DNA of 64,000 nucleotides from Alphaproteobacteria bacterium. Its GTDB lineage: Bacteria; Pseudomonadota; Alphaproteobacteria; MPNO01. The stretch lies in assembly GCA_965248835.1 (NCBI GenBank), contig CBDFLJ010000001.1:608001-672000 (forward strand), given 5' to 3'. Both the position numbers and the translations under genes were made by a program. Each line of letters starts with the position of its first letter. Position 1 is the stretch's first letter. The notes under the pieces are model-generated. The model was given only the letters and a program-made list of their open reading frames with translations. It did not search any database and was not told the origin of the DNA. Positions 38,564 to 49,866 of the stretch are shown one piece after another.

Positions 38564-39952
38564 TCAGCGCAGCCCGCTCGCCTCGACCCAGGCGGTGGTG
38601 TCTTCCAGCGCGCGGGCGAAGCGGGCATACATGTCCTCGATCTCCGGGCCGGTGATCACCAGCGGCGGCGAGAAGGCGATGCGGTCGCCGAGCGCGCGGA
38701 CGATCAGTCCGTGCTCTTCGGCGCGCGCAACCAGGTAGGCGCCGACCTTGGCGGCCGCCGGGAAGGGTGCCCTGGTGGCCTTGTCGGCGACCAGCTCGGC
38801 CACCGCCAGCATGCCGACGCCGTTGACCTCGCCGACCAGCCGGTGGTCGGCGAAACGCGCGACGCCAGCCTGCATGGCCGGCGCGACCGCGCCCACATGG
38901 CCGGCAATGTCGGTCTCGTCATAGATCGCCAGCGTCTCCAGGGCGACCGCCGCCGAGACCGGGTGGCCGGAATAGGTATAGCCGTGGCCGAAAGTCCCGC
39001 GGCGGCCGGTCTCCTCGGCGATGCCGCGATAGACCCGCTCGTTGACCATCACCGCCGCGATCGGCAGATAGCCCGAGGACAGCGCCTTGGCCATGGTCAG
39101 CAGGTCGGGCTGGATGGCGTAGGTCTCCGAGCCCCATCGGTTGCCGGTGCGGAAGAACCCGCAGATCACCTCGTCGGCCACCATCAGGACGTCGTAGCGC
39201 CGCAGAACCTGCTGGATCTTGTCGAAATAGGTCGCCGGCGGGACGATCAGGCCGCCGGCGCCCATCACCGGTTCGGCGAAAAAGGCGGCGACCGTCTCCG
39301 GGCCTTCGGCCAGAATCAACGCCTCCAGCGATTCCGCGCAGCGGCCGGCGAACGCCTCCTCGCTTTCGCCCTGGCGTGCCTGGCGCCAATAGTGCGGGCA
39401 GTCGGTGTGGCGGAAGCCCGCGATCGGCAGGTCGAACCCGCCATGGTTGGGCGGCGTCCCGGTCAGGCTCGCCGCGGCGATCGTCACCCCGTGATAGCCG
39501 AGGTGCCGGCCGATGATCTTCTTTTTGGCCGGCCGGCCGGTGGCGTTGTTGAAATACCAGATCAGCTTGATCGCGGAATCGATCGCCTCGGAGCCCGAGT
39601 TGGCGAAGAAGACCCGCGCCATCGGCACCGGTGCGAGCGCTTTCAGACGCTCGGCAAGCTCGATCTGCGGCTGGTGCGAGCGCCGGTTGAAGCCGTGATA
39701 GAAGGACAGGGTGCGGATCTGGTCGGCCGCAGCCTGGGCCAGCCGCTCCTCGCCGAAGCCGAGCGAGACGCACCAGAGCCCGGCCATGCCCTCGATGTAT
39801 TCCTTGCCGGTCTCGTCCCAGACGCGAATGCCCGCGCCCCGCGTGATGACCAGCGCGCCGTCGCGCTCGTTGGCGATCGCATCGCTGTAGGGGTGGAGGA
39901 CTGCCAGCGGGTCGCGCCGGCCGAGCGTGTTGGGGCGGAGCCGGCTCGCCAT
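38564..39952 (-). CDS. Class III PLP aminotransferase (omega-amine transaminase)
   Basis: [49 protein letters not shown]. Confidence 0.93.
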   Translation of the reverse strand: MASRLRPNTLGRRDPLAVLHPYSDAIANERDGALVITRGAGIRVWDETGKEYIEGMAGLWCVSLGFGEERLAQAAADQIRTLSFYHGFNRRSHQPQIELAERLKALAPVPMARVFFANSGSEAIDSAIKLIWYFNNATGRPAKKKIIGRHLGYHGVTIAAASLTGTPPNHGGFDLPIAGFRHTDCPHYWRQARQGESEEAFAGRCAESLEALILAEGPETVAAFFAEPVMGAGGLIVPPATYFDKIQQVLRRYDVLMVADEVICGFFRTGNRWGSETYAIQPDLLTMAKALSSGYLPIAAVMVNERVYRGIAEETGRRGTFGHGYTYSGHPVSAAVALETLAIYDETDIAGHVGAVAPAMQAGVARFADHRLVGEVNGVGMLAVAELVADKATRAPFPAAAKVGAYLVARAEEHGLIVRALGDRIAFSPPLVITGPEIEDMYARFARALEDTTAWVEASGLR

Positions 39953-39964
39953 CGCGCGGCCGGT

Positions 39965-40981
39965 CTACCCGCCAGTGACGCTCATGTGGCGCGGGACCGC
40001 GGGCCCGTGGCGGCGCCGGTCGATGATGAAGTCGTGGCCCTTCGGCTTGCGGCCGATCGCCTCGTCGATCGCTTCCATGAGGAGGTCGTCTTGCGCGCTT
40101 TCGCGCAGCGGCGCCCGCAGGTCGGCGGCGTCCTCCTGGCCGAGGCACATGTAGAGGGTGCCCGTGCAGGTCAGCCGCACCCGATTGCAGGACTCGCAGA
40201 AATTGTGGGTCAGGGGCGTGATGAACCCGACCCGCCCGCCGGTCTCGCGGCAGGTGAAATACCGCGCCGGCCCGCCGGTCGAATAGTCGGTCTCATCCAG
40301 CGTGTAGCGCCGGTTGAGCCCGGCGCGGACCATCGACAGGGGCAGGTACTGGTCGAGCCGGGCATCGCCGCCGATCTCGCCCAGCGGCATGACCTCGATG
40401 AAGGTCACGTCGTAGCCGCGCGCACCGCACCAGCCGACGATATCGGCGAACTCCTCGTCGTTGACCCCGCGCAGCGCGACGGTATTGATCTTGACCTTCA
40501 GCCCCGCCGCATCGGCCGCCGCGAGGCCCTCCATCACCTGATCGAACCGCCCCCAGCGGGTGATCTCGGCGAATTTCCGCGCATCGAGCGTATCCAGTGA
40601 CAGGTTGATCCGGCGCACACCCGCGCCGACCATTTCCCGGGCATAGCGGGCGAGCTGGCTGCCGTTGGTGGTCAGCGTCAGCTCGTCCAGCGACCCGTCG
40701 GCCAAATGCCGGCCCAGCCGCTCGATGAGCCACATGATGTTGCGCCGGACCAGCGGCTCGCCGCCCGTCAGCCGCAGCTTGCGCACGCCGCGGCGGACGA
40801 ACGCGCTGCACAGGCGGTCGAGCTCCTCCAGCGTCAGGACCTGCGCCTTGGGCAGGAAGGTCATCGCTTCGGACATGCAATAGACGCAGCGGAAGTCGCA
40901 GCGGTCGGTCACCGAAACCCGGAGATAGGAAACATGGCGATCGAACGGATCGATCAGCGGGGCGACGGACATGGACGGCAT
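39965..40981 (-). CDS. moaA: GTP 3',8-cyclase
   Basis: [30 protein letters not shown]-terminus. Confidence 0.97.
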   Translation of the reverse strand: MPSMSVAPLIDPFDRHVSYLRVSVTDRCDFRCVYCMSEAMTFLPKAQVLTLEELDRLCSAFVRRGVRKLRLTGGEPLVRRNIMWLIERLGRHLADGSLDELTLTTNGSQLARYAREMVGAGVRRINLSLDTLDARKFAEITRWGRFDQVMEGLAAADAAGLKVKINTVALRGVNDEEFADIVGWCGARGYDVTFIEVMPLGEIGGDARLDQYLPLSMVRAGLNRRYTLDETDYSTGGPARYFTCRETGGRVGFITPLTHNFCESCNRVRLTCTGTLYMCLGQEDAADLRAPLRESAQDDLLMEAIDEAIGRKPKGHDFIIDRRRHGPAVPRHMSVTGG

Positions 40982-41156
40982 CTCACCTGTAGGCGCCGCA
41001 CGGCGGCTCATGCCGCGAGCGTATGCGGTAACTATAGGGATGGACGCGCGAAAGGAAAGGGGTTGGCGCGTGCCGGTGCCTGTCCGACCACCCCGGAAAT
41101 GCGTCCTCGGCGGCGAGGCGGTTGTCGATCGATGTGATGGCGCGCATATTCCAGGT

Positions 41157-42029
41157 GTGGAAGATTACCTCATCAGACCGGATCCGCACGATGGGCGCCT
41201 GACCCGGCGTGTGCCCGGCGTCGACCAGGACGCCAAGCCGATCGTGACCTCGGTGACGGTCGAACGCCCGTTGACGCTGTTCCTCAACAGCCAGGAGATC
41301 GTCACGCTGATGACCATCGGCGACTATGTCGACTGCCTGGCGGTGGGCTATCTGATCAACCAGAACATGCTGCGCGAGACCGATGTCGTGACCGGCGTCG
41401 ATTTCGACGAGGAGATCGACACCGTCGTCGTCCGCACCGACAGCGATACCGATTTCGAGGAAAAGCTCAAGAAGCGCACTCGGACGTCGGGCTGCGCGCT
41501 GGGCACGGCCTTCGGCGATCTGATGGAGATCTTCGAGACCGTGACGCTTGATGCGGACGCGCGGGTCCATACGTCCTGGCTCTATGCGCTGTCCAGGAAG
41601 ATCAACACCACCCCCAGCCTCTATCTCGAGGCCGGCGCGATCCATGGCTGCGTTCTGTGCCAGCAGGACCGGCCGCTGATCTACATGGAGGATGTCGGCC
41701 GGCACAACGCCGTCGACAAGATCGCCGGCTACATGCACCTAAACGGCATCGCGCCGGAGGGCAAGATGTTCTACACCACCGGCCGGCTGACCAGCGAGAT
41801 GGTCATCAAGACCGTCCAGATGCGCATCCCGGTGCTGGTCTCGCGCTCGGGCTTCACCGCCTGGGGGGTCGATCTCGCCCGCCAGGCGAACCTGACCCTG
41901 ATCGGTCGGGCCAAGGGCAGGCGGTTCGTCGCGCTGGCCGGCGAGCAACGGATCGTCTATGACGCCGATCCCCGGAAGGTCGAGGACGAGCCTCGGCACG
42001 TCCAGCGCAAGGCGAGCGTCGGCGAATAG
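41157..42029 (+). CDS. fdhD: Formate dehydrogenase accessory sulfurtransferase (start uncertain)
   Basis: [29 protein letters not shown]. Confidence 0.93.
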   Translation: MEDYLIRPDPHDGRLTRRVPGVDQDAKPIVTSVTVERPLTLFLNSQEIVTLMTIGDYVDCLAVGYLINQNMLRETDVVTGVDFDEEIDTVVVRTDSDTDFEEKLKKRTRTSGCALGTAFGDLMEIFETVTLDADARVHTSWLYALSRKINTTPSLYLEAGAIHGCVLCQQDRPLIYMEDVGRHNAVDKIAGYMHLNGIAPEGKMFYTTGRLTSEMVIKTVQMRIPVLVSRSGFTAWGVDLARQANLTLIGRAKGRRFVALAGEQRIVYDADPRKVEDEPRHVQRKASVGE

Positions 42030-42032
42030 GAA

Positions 42033-42641
42033 ATGCGCCTGCGGCTGCAATGGCAGGGTCCCATCGGGGCCGGGCAGTTTCCCAGCGATCCGGGGGAACT
42101 GGAGGGGCTGATGGCGCCTGGCGTCTATCTCCGCCTCAAGCGCTATGACGGCGGCCGTTTGGTCAGCTATGTCGGCCAGAGCAGGAACGTGCTCTCCCGG
42201 ATCGATCAGCACCTGACGGCGATGCTCGCGCTCCAGACGCCGTTGCGCGATGCACGCGGACGGACGGCTTTCAACGGGGAAATCGGCGCCCGCCTTGCGG
42301 CCTATAACGACCTCGAGCCGGCCGCCCTGCTCGCCGCCGGAGAAGCGATGCGGACCGCGTTCCTGGTCGCCTGGTGCGACGAGGACTTCACCGTCGACCG
42401 GCTCGACCTGGTCGAGGGCGCACTCAAGGCGCGGCTCGAGGCGCGGGTCGCCGACGCCGCCGGGCTCACGGCGTGCGAGAACATCCAGGGCGTGCCCGCC
42501 GATCCGTTTGCCGACATCCTCAGCCTGGAGCAGGATCCGGGCGCGCTCGCACCCGAGGATGCCGCACTGCTTGCGCAGGTGCTCGGCGAGGAGCCGATCG
42601 TGCTCGACGGCGCGCTGATCGGCGCCGGCCATGCCGAGTGA
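42033..42641 (+). CDS. Hypothetical protein with GIY-YIG-like motif
   Basis: GVY-x13-YVGQS.N...RIDQH; 3 bp after fdhD stop and overlapping mobA. Confidence 0.65.
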   Translation: MRLRLQWQGPIGAGQFPSDPGELEGLMAPGVYLRLKRYDGGRLVSYVGQSRNVLSRIDQHLTAMLALQTPLRDARGRTAFNGEIGARLAAYNDLEPAALLAAGEAMRTAFLVAWCDEDFTVDRLDLVEGALKARLEARVADAAGLTACENIQGVPADPFADILSLEQDPGALAPEDAALLAQVLGEEPIVLDGALIGAGHAE

Positions 42642-43269
42642 ACCGCGCATCGCCGGCGTCATCCTGGCCGGCGGGCTGTCGCGCCGGATGGGCGGCGGCG
42701 ACAAGACGCTGCGGCGGATCGGCGGCCGGACGATCCTCGAACACGTCATCGAACGCGCCGCACCGCAGGTCGAGGCGCTGGTGCTGAACGCCAACGGCGA
42801 TCCGGAGCGCTTCGCGGCGACCGGGCTTCCGGTTGCCGCCGACGCGCTCGAGGGTCATCCGGGACCCCTGGCCGGCGTGCTGACCGGGCTGGACTGGGCG
42901 ATCGCCAACGTGCCGACGTGTTCCCATCTGGCGAGCTTCGCCTGCGATGCGCCGTTCCTGCCGCGCGATCTGGTCACCCGGCTCCACCGCCGCATGCGAG
43001 CCGCGGGCGCGGAACTGGCCTGCGCCCGATCCGCCGGCCGCGACCACCCGGTCTTCGCCCTGTGGCCGGTAGCGCTGGCCGAGGCGCTGCGCCGCGCGGT
43101 GCTCGACGAGGGGATCAGGAAGGTCGACCGCTGGACCGCGCGCTATGCGCTGGCGACCGAAGACTTCGCCGCCCAGCCGGTCGATCCGTTCTTCAACGTC
43201 AACCGGCCCGAGGACATCGCGGCCGCCGAGACGCAGATTTCGGCCCTCGACGCGCAGAACCGCGTTTGA
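42631..43269 (+). CDS. mobA: Molybdenum cofactor guanylyltransferase
   Basis: LAGGLSRRMGGGDK, GPLAG, CDAPFLP, FFNVNRPED. Confidence 0.95.
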   Translation: MPSEPRIAGVILAGGLSRRMGGGDKTLRRIGGRTILEHVIERAAPQVEALVLNANGDPERFAATGLPVAADALEGHPGPLAGVLTGLDWAIANVPTCSHLASFACDAPFLPRDLVTRLHRRMRAAGAELACARSAGRDHPVFALWPVALAEALRRAVLDEGIRKVDRWTARYALATEDFAAQPVDPFFNVNRPEDIAAAETQISALDAQNRV

Positions 43270-43280
43270 GCCGGCCCCGC

Positions 43281-44213
43281 TCAGCCCGCAGCGCGTTGAG
43301 CGACCACCGCACCCGCCAGAATCACCCATCCGAACAGGCGGTTGGAGCGGAACTTGGCGAGGCAGTCCTTGGGAGAGTCGATGTCGACATCGGCGACTTG
43401 CCAGACGAGCTGGGCCGCGCCGATTGCGAGACCGGCGAAGAACGGCCAAGCCATGCCGGCCTGCTGTCCGGCGGCGGCGAACAGGCAGACCGCGGCGATA
43501 TAGAAGGTCATCAGCCACGGCTTGCTGCCCAGCCCGAGCGCCCTGGCCGAAGATTTGACGCCGGCGCCGACGTCATCGCGCCGGTCCTGGTGGGCATAGA
43601 TCGTGTCGTAGCCCAGCGTCCAGAAGATCCCGCCGACATAGAGCAGGACCGGGGCCCAGCCGAAATCGCCGCGCACCGCCGCCCAGCCGAGCAACGCGCC
43701 CCAGTTGAAGGTCAGCCCGAGGACGAATTGCGGCCAGAACGTCACCCGCTTCATCAGCGGATAGGTGAACACCAGAACCAGCGAGGCCAAGCCGACGAGG
43801 ATGGCAAAGCCGTTCAGCGACAGCAGGATCGCCAGACCCAACGCCAGCTGCGCCGCGAGGAAGACCGCCGCCGCGGCCACCGAGACCTCGCCGCTGGGCA
43901 GCGGCCGGTCGCGGGTACGCTCGACCCGGGCATCGAAATCCTTGTCGCAGATGTCGTTATAGGTGCAGCCTGCGCCCCGCATGACCAGCGCGCCGATGCC
44001 GAACAGGGCGAACAGCCAAAGGCTCGCCGGCGACAGCGGATCGGGCGAGGCCAGCGCGATCGACCACCAGCACGGGAACAGCAGCAGCCAGGTGCCGATC
44101 GGTCGGTCGAGCCGCGCCAACCTGGCGTAGGGGCGCAGCGCGCGCGGCACCAGCCGGTCGACCCAGCCGCCGCGCGGGATGTCGCTCGCCGATGTTTCGC
44201 CCAACCCCGACAT
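43281..44213 (-). CDS. ubiA: 4-hydroxybenzoate octaprenyltransferase
   Basis: RLDRPIG, RGAGCTYNDICDKDFD..VERT..RPL, YPLMKR, YDTIYAHQD. Confidence 0.95.
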   Translation of the reverse strand: MSGLGETSASDIPRGGWVDRLVPRALRPYARLARLDRPIGTWLLLFPCWWSIALASPDPLSPASLWLFALFGIGALVMRGAGCTYNDICDKDFDARVERTRDRPLPSGEVSVAAAAVFLAAQLALGLAILLSLNGFAILVGLASLVLVFTYPLMKRVTFWPQFVLGLTFNWGALLGWAAVRGDFGWAPVLLYVGGIFWTLGYDTIYAHQDRRDDVGAGVKSSARALGLGSKPWLMTFYIAAVCLFAAAGQQAGMAWPFFAGLAIGAAQLVWQVADVDIDSPKDCLAKFRSNRLFGWVILAGAVVAQRAAG

Positions 44214-44324
44214 CGAAGCCCGACATTGCCCTTTGGCGCCTGCCCGACTATATCCGGCTCGGTCCTCCGAGACGACCATGTCCCGGGGCGGCCCGCGCAG
44301 GCGCCAAGGGAACAGAAACCGCCG

Positions 44325-45089
44325 ATGTCCAAAGTCCGGCTTCACCTGGATGAGACACTGACGCCGGAGGGCATCGTCGATGTCGGCCCCGACCGCGCGC
44401 ACTACCTCGGCGCGGTGCTGCGGATGGGCCGCGGCGACGCGTTGGCGGTCTTCAACGCGGCCGACGGCGAATTCGCTGCGGTGATCGAGGAGATCGGCAA
44501 GCGGCGATGCACGGTTCGGCTGCACGCGCGGCAGCGCATGCCGGCGCCGGAGCCCGATCTGTGGCTGGTGTTTGCGCCGATCAAGCGGGCGCGGATCGAT
44601 TTCCTGGCCGGCAAGGCCGCCGAGCTCGGCGCCTCGGCGCTGTGGCCGGTCACCACCGCGCGGACCAACGTCGCGCGCGTGAGCCGCGAACGGCTGCGTG
44701 CCAACGCCGTGGAGGCGGCCGAGCAGTGCGGCCGCTTGAGCGTGCCGGAGGTCTTCGCGCCGGCCTCGCTGGAGACCGCCTTGGCGGGCTGGCCCGACGG
44801 CCGGCGCCTCTACTGGTGCGACGAGACGGGCGGCGGCCGCGCGGCTGCGCGCGTGTTCGGCCAGGGCGTGCGCGGCCCGGCAGCGGTCCTGGTCGGGCCG
44901 GAGGGCGGCTTCGTCGATCAGGAACGTGCGCGGCTGCGGGCGCACCGTTGCGTCACCGCGATCGATCTCGGCCCCCGCCTCATGCGTGCGGAGACGGCGG
45001 CGTTTGCCGCCTTGGCGTGCTGGCAGGCTATCCTCGGCGACTGGGCGGGCGATACCGGCACCGCCGGTGCCGCGGTCGGCCTGCGCTAG
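44325..45089 (+). CDS. rsmE: 16S rRNA m3U1498 methyltransferase
   Basis: HYLGAVLR, KAAELG, EAAEQCGR, VGPEGGF, LGPRLMRAETA. Confidence 0.95.
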   Translation: MSKVRLHLDETLTPEGIVDVGPDRAHYLGAVLRMGRGDALAVFNAADGEFAAVIEEIGKRRCTVRLHARQRMPAPEPDLWLVFAPIKRARIDFLAGKAAELGASALWPVTTARTNVARVSRERLRANAVEAAEQCGRLSVPEVFAPASLETALAGWPDGRRLYWCDETGGGRAAARVFGQGVRGPAAVLVGPEGGFVDQERARLRAHRCVTAIDLGPRLMRAETAAFAALACWQAILGDWAGDTGTAGAAVGLR

Positions 45090-45108
45090 CGCGGAGGGAA
45101 TCCAGAGT

Positions 45109-46473
45109 ATGGCCGCGCCGCCATCCGCCGAGGGAGCCCCGATCGAAAACCGCCGCCAGTTGATCGAATACCTCGATTCCGGCTGCAAGCCCGCCGCCGA
45201 CTGGCGCATCGGCACCGAGCATGAGAAGTTCGTCTTTCATGCGCAGACCCTTGCGCCCGCGCCCTACGAGGGGCCTTGGGGGATCGGCGCGTTTCTCGAC
45301 GGTCTGACCCGGTTCGGCTGGCAGCCGGTCACCGAGAACGGCAATACGATCGCGCTGACCAAGGGCGACTGCAACGTCTCGCTCGAGCCGGGCGGCCAAC
45401 TCGAGCTGTCCGGCGCCCCGCTCGAGACCATCCACCAGACATGTGACGAGGTCCACACCCACCTCGCCGAGGTCAAGGAAGTCGCCGGCGAGCTCGGCGT
45501 CGGCCTGTTCGGGATGGGCTTCCATCCCAAATGGAAGCGCGAGGACATGCCGTGGATGCCCAAGGGCCGCTACCGCATCATGCGCGAATACATGCCGGGC
45601 AAGGGGGCGCTCGGGCTCGACATGATGGTCCGGACCTGTACGGTGCAGGTGAACCTCGACTTCGCCTCCGAGGCCGACATGGTCAAGAAGTACCGCGTCG
45701 GCATCGCGCTCCAGCCGGTCGCGACCGCGCTGTTCGCCGACTCGCCGTTCGTCGAGGGAGAGCCGAGCGGATACTACTCCTTCCGCAGCCACGTCTGGGA
45801 AGACACCGATCCCGATCGGTGCGGCATCCTGCCGTTCGTCTTCGAGGACGGCATGGGCTTCGAGCGCTATGTCGACTATGTGCTCGATGTGCCGATGTAT
45901 TTCGTCTACCGCAACGGCGAGTATCTCGACGCCTCGGGCCTGTCGTTCCGCGACTTCCTCGACGGCCGGCTGCCGATCCTGCCGGGTGAGCTCCCGACGA
46001 TGTCCGATTGGACGGACCACATGACGACGCTCTTCCCCGAGGTGCGGCTGAAGCGATTCATCGAGATGCGCGGCGCGGACGGCGGGCCGTGGCGCCGGCT
46101 GTGCGCGCTGCCGGCGCTGTGGGTCGGGCTGCTCTATGACGGCGCGGCGCTCGATGCGGCCTATGAGATGATCAGCGACTGGACGATCGAGGAGCACCAG
46201 ATGCTGCGCAGCCAGACACCGCTGAAGGCGCTGCATACGCCGTTCCGCGGCCGGACCCTGCGCGAGGTCGCCGGCGAGGTGCTTCAGATCGCCCACGCGG
46301 GGCTGCGCGCCCGCGCCAGACTCGACCGGGTCGGCGACAACGAGACCGGCTTCCTCGGCGCGCTCGATGAGATCGTCCGCCGCGGCCATTGTCCGGCCGA
46401 GCTCAAGCTCGAGCGCTACCACAACGCCTGGAACCGCAACATCGACCCGCTGTTCGGCGAGTTCGCCTACTAG
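45109..46473 (+). CDS. gshA: Glutamate--cysteine ligase (alphaproteobacterial/plant type)
   Basis: RIGTEHEKF, SLEPGGQLELSG, MPKGRY, TCTVQVNLD, FPEVRLK..EMRGAD. Confidence 0.95.
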   Translation: MAAPPSAEGAPIENRRQLIEYLDSGCKPAADWRIGTEHEKFVFHAQTLAPAPYEGPWGIGAFLDGLTRFGWQPVTENGNTIALTKGDCNVSLEPGGQLELSGAPLETIHQTCDEVHTHLAEVKEVAGELGVGLFGMGFHPKWKREDMPWMPKGRYRIMREYMPGKGALGLDMMVRTCTVQVNLDFASEADMVKKYRVGIALQPVATALFADSPFVEGEPSGYYSFRSHVWEDTDPDRCGILPFVFEDGMGFERYVDYVLDVPMYFVYRNGEYLDASGLSFRDFLDGRLPILPGELPTMSDWTDHMTTLFPEVRLKRFIEMRGADGGPWRRLCALPALWVGLLYDGAALDAAYEMISDWTIEEHQMLRSQTPLKALHTPFRGRTLREVAGEVLQIAHAGLRARARLDRVGDNETGFLGALDEIVRRGHCPAELKLERYHNAWNRNIDPLFGEFAY

Positions 46474-46516
46474 GGCCTGTCCGAACGCGTTGGACCGGGT
46501 CGGACCCGCGGCGGCT

Positions 46517-47950
46517 TCAGGCCGCCGTCCCGCCGACCGTCAAGTTGTCGATCAACAGCGTCGGCTGACCGACGCCCACCGGCACCCCCTGGCCGTCCTT
46601 GCCGCAGGTTCCGACTCCGGGATCGAGCGTCATGTCGTCGCCGATCATCCGAACCCGGGTCAGCACGTCGGGCCCGTTGCCGATCAGGGTCGCGCCCTTG
46701 ACCGGCGCGCCGATCCGGCCGTCCTCGATCAAATAGGCCTCCGAGGCGGTAAACACGAACTTGCCGGACGTGATGTCGACCTGGCCGCCGCCGAAATTGA
46801 CCGCGTACAACCCCTTTGGCACCGCGGCGATGATCTCCTCGCTGCTGCGCTCGCCGGACAGCATGTAGGTGTTGGTCATTCGCGGCATCGGTGCGTGGGC
46901 GAAGCTCTCCCGCCGGCCGTTGCCGGTTGGCGCCAGGCCCATCAGCCGGGCGTTCAGCCGGTCCTGCATGTAACCGGTCAGGATGCCGTCCTCGATCAGC
47001 GTCGTGTGCTGGCTCGGCGTGCCCTCGTCGTCGATGCTGAGCGAGCCGCGCCGGCCGGCGATGGTGCCGTCATCGACGACGGTGACGCCGGGCGAGGCGA
47101 TCCGTTCGCCCATCAGGCCGGCGAAGGCCGAGGTCTTCTTGCGGTTGAAATCGCCTTCCAGCCCGTGGCCGATCGCTTCGTGCAGCAGGACGCCGGGCCA
47201 TCCGGGCCCCAGTACCACCGGCATTTCCCCGGCCGGCGCCGGGACCGATTCGAGGTTCACCAGCGCCTGGCGCAGCGCCTCCTCGACCTGCGCCTTCCAG
47301 GCGTCCTCGGCCATGTAGGGACCATAGGCGGTCCGGCCGCCGGTGCCATGGCTGCCGGTCTCCATCCGACCGCCGTCGGCGACCACGATGGAGACGTTGA
47401 ACCGGACCAGAGGACGGATGTCGGCCGCCCGCCTGCCGTCGGCGCGGATGATCTGGATCGCCTGCCATTCGCCGGCGATCGAGGCGACCACCTGGGCGAC
47501 CCGGGCGTCGCGGCCGCGGGCGTAGGCATCGATGTCCTGCAGCAGCTTGACCTTCGCCTCGAAGGAGATCTCGCCCAGCGGGTTGTCCTCGGCGTAGAGC
47601 GCGGTGTTGGTCGCGGCCGGGCCTTCGGCGGCGATTCCGCCGCGGCCGGCCCGCACCGCCTTGACGGTCTGCGCGGCACGCCCGATCGCGGCCTCGGAGA
47701 TCTCCGCGGCATGGGCGTAGCCGGTGGTCTCGCCCGCGACCGCGCGCAGCCCGAAGCCCTGGCTGGTGTCGAACGAGGCAGTCTTCAGCCTGCCATCGTC
47801 GAAGGCCAAGCCCTCCGATTGGCGGTATTCGATGAACAGCTCGCCGTCATCGGTTCCGGCCAGCGCATCGGCAAGCGTTCGCTCGACCCGGGCGCGGTCG
47901 AGCCCGGTGCGGCTGAAGAACAGCTCGTCCGTCGTTGCCAGATCGGCCAT
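46517..47950 (-). CDS. tldD: Metalloprotease TldD
   Basis: GVLLHEAIGHGLEGDFNRK, PRMTNT, GTCGKDGQ. Confidence 0.96.
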   Translation of the reverse strand: MADLATTDELFFSRTGLDRARVERTLADALAGTDDGELFIEYRQSEGLAFDDGRLKTASFDTSQGFGLRAVAGETTGYAHAAEISEAAIGRAAQTVKAVRAGRGGIAAEGPAATNTALYAEDNPLGEISFEAKVKLLQDIDAYARGRDARVAQVVASIAGEWQAIQIIRADGRRAADIRPLVRFNVSIVVADGGRMETGSHGTGGRTAYGPYMAEDAWKAQVEEALRQALVNLESVPAPAGEMPVVLGPGWPGVLLHEAIGHGLEGDFNRKKTSAFAGLMGERIASPGVTVVDDGTIAGRRGSLSIDDEGTPSQHTTLIEDGILTGYMQDRLNARLMGLAPTGNGRRESFAHAPMPRMTNTYMLSGERSSEEIIAAVPKGLYAVNFGGGQVDITSGKFVFTASEAYLIEDGRIGAPVKGATLIGNGPDVLTRVRMIGDDMTLDPGVGTCGKDGQGVPVGVGQPTLLIDNLTVGGTAA

Positions 47951-48270
47951 ATCGGTTTCCTTCGCAATGGCGCACCCGCCTCTATATGGACCCGGCCGGC
48001 TTCGGTGTCACCCTTTGACCGGCCAGGCGTGCCCCGCCGCATACCTTGTTTTTGACGATCGCGGTGTGTATCAATCGCGCGGCTTCGGCCGATGCGCGGT
48101 AACCTCGGAGCGGCCGAGCGCGGGTCGGACGGCATCGGCGGCAGCCCTCTGGACGACAGCAGGTCGATTCCGATGCCTGTCAGCAACGGCAACTTCGCCT
48201 CCGACAGCACGATGACCGATCCGGTTGATCCGGCGGCCGCGAGCCGCCAAGACGACCGGGGGACAGGGCC

Positions 48271-49863
48271 ATGAGCGACGCAGCGGCGCCGCACTTCGGG
48301 CGCCACGAGGACCATCCCAGGGGCTGGCGGCGGTGGGTCTTCTCGACCAGCCACAAGGACATCGGCACGATGTATCTCGTGTTCGCGGTGTTCGCCGGGC
48401 TGATCGGCGGCGCGATGTCGATCGTCTTCCGCATGGAGCTCGCCGGCCCCGAATCCGAGGTTCTGGGCGGCGACCACCACCTGTTCAGCGTGCTGATCAC
48501 CGCCCACGGGCTGATCATGGTCTTCTTCATGGTAATGCCGGCGATCATCGGCGGGTTCGGCAACTGGATCGTGCCGCTGATGATCGGGGCGCCCGATATG
48601 GCGTTCCCGCGGATGAACATCATCAGCTTCTGGCTCCTGGTGCCGTCCTTCATCCTGCTGCTGGCCTCGCCGTTCTTCGGCGGCCTCGGGGACGGCTGGA
48701 CGACCGACCCGCGGCTCGGCGCCGATACCGGCCCGCCCGGGCCCGCGGTGGAGCTGGCGATCTTCAGCCTGCATCTGGCCGGCGCGTCCTCCATCCTGGT
48801 TGCGGTGAATTTCATCACCACCATCTTCAACATGCGCGCACCGGGCATGCGGCTGCACATGATGCCGCTGTTCGTGTGGTCGATTCTGGTGACCGCCTTT
48901 CTGCTGCTGCTGTCGCTGCCGGTGCTCGCCGGCGGGATCACCATGCTGCTGACCGACCGCAATTTCGGCACGACCTTCCTCGAGGCGGCGGGCGGCGGCG
49001 ATCCGATCCTGTTCCAGGACCTGTTCTGGTTCTTCGGCCACCCCGAGGTCTACATCCTGATCCTGCCCGGCTTCGGCATGATCAGCCAGATCGTGGCGAC
49101 CTTCTCCAGGAAGCCGGTTTTCGGCTATCTCGGCATGGCCTATGCCATGGTGGCGATCGGATTCGTCGGTTTCGTCGTCTGGGCCCACCACATCTACACC
49201 GTAGGCCTGGACGTCGACACCGAGACCTATTTCACCCTGGCGAGCCTGGTCATCGCGCTGCCGACGGGGTTGAAGATCCTCTCCTGGATCGCGACCATGT
49301 GGCGCGGCTCGGTCCGGTTCGACACGCCCATGCTGTGGGCGGTCGGGTTCATCTTCCTGTTCACCGTCGGCGGGGTGATCGGCGTCGTCCTGGCCAACGC
49401 CGGCATGGACCGGCCGCTGCAGGACAGCTATTCCGTCGTCGCCCACTTCCACTACGTCCTGTCGATGGGCGCGGTGTTCGCGATCTTCGGCGGGTTCTAT
49501 TACTGGCTGCCCAAGATGTGCGGGCGGCGCTACTCCGAAGCGCTGGGCAAGCTCCATTTCTGGCTGATGTTCCTCGGCGTGAACCTGACCTTCCTGCCGC
49601 AGCATGTCCTGGGCCTGGCGGGCATGCCGCGGCGAATCCCGGACCATGCCGAGGCCGTCGCCTTGTGGAGCCAGATTTCCGCGCTCGGCTCTTGGATCTC
49701 GGCGCTCGGCGTGCTGGTCTTCCTGTGGATGTGCCTGAAGACCCTCACCGCGGGCGAGCGCGTGACGGAGAACCCGTGGGGCGAGGGGGCGAGGACGCTC
49801 GAATGGTCGCTGAGCTCCCCGCCGCCCTTCCGCGGCTACGACGATCTGCCGCAGACACGATGA
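48271..49863 (+). CDS. ctaD: Cytochrome c oxidase subunit I (A-type), diverged
   Basis: TAHG, GHPEVY, WAHH, AHFHY, GMPRR; several consensus deviations. Confidence 0.93.
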   Translation: MSDAAAPHFGRHEDHPRGWRRWVFSTSHKDIGTMYLVFAVFAGLIGGAMSIVFRMELAGPESEVLGGDHHLFSVLITAHGLIMVFFMVMPAIIGGFGNWIVPLMIGAPDMAFPRMNIISFWLLVPSFILLLASPFFGGLGDGWTTDPRLGADTGPPGPAVELAIFSLHLAGASSILVAVNFITTIFNMRAPGMRLHMMPLFVWSILVTAFLLLLSLPVLAGGITMLLTDRNFGTTFLEAAGGGDPILFQDLFWFFGHPEVYILILPGFGMISQIVATFSRKPVFGYLGMAYAMVAIGFVGFVVWAHHIYTVGLDVDTETYFTLASLVIALPTGLKILSWIATMWRGSVRFDTPMLWAVGFIFLFTVGGVIGVVLANAGMDRPLQDSYSVVAHFHYVLSMGAVFAIFGGFYYWLPKMCGRRYSEALGKLHFWLMFLGVNLTFLPQHVLGLAGMPRRIPDHAEAVALWSQISALGSWISALGVLVFLWMCLKTLTAGERVTENPWGEGARTLEWSLSSPPPFRGYDDLPQTR

Positions 49864-49866
49864 GGG

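Noticed and set aside
48092-48274. 60-aa ORF overlapping the coxA start as a coxB remnant
   Set aside because: No CuA motif (CxExCGxxHxxM) or TM helices; cannot be supported by eye.
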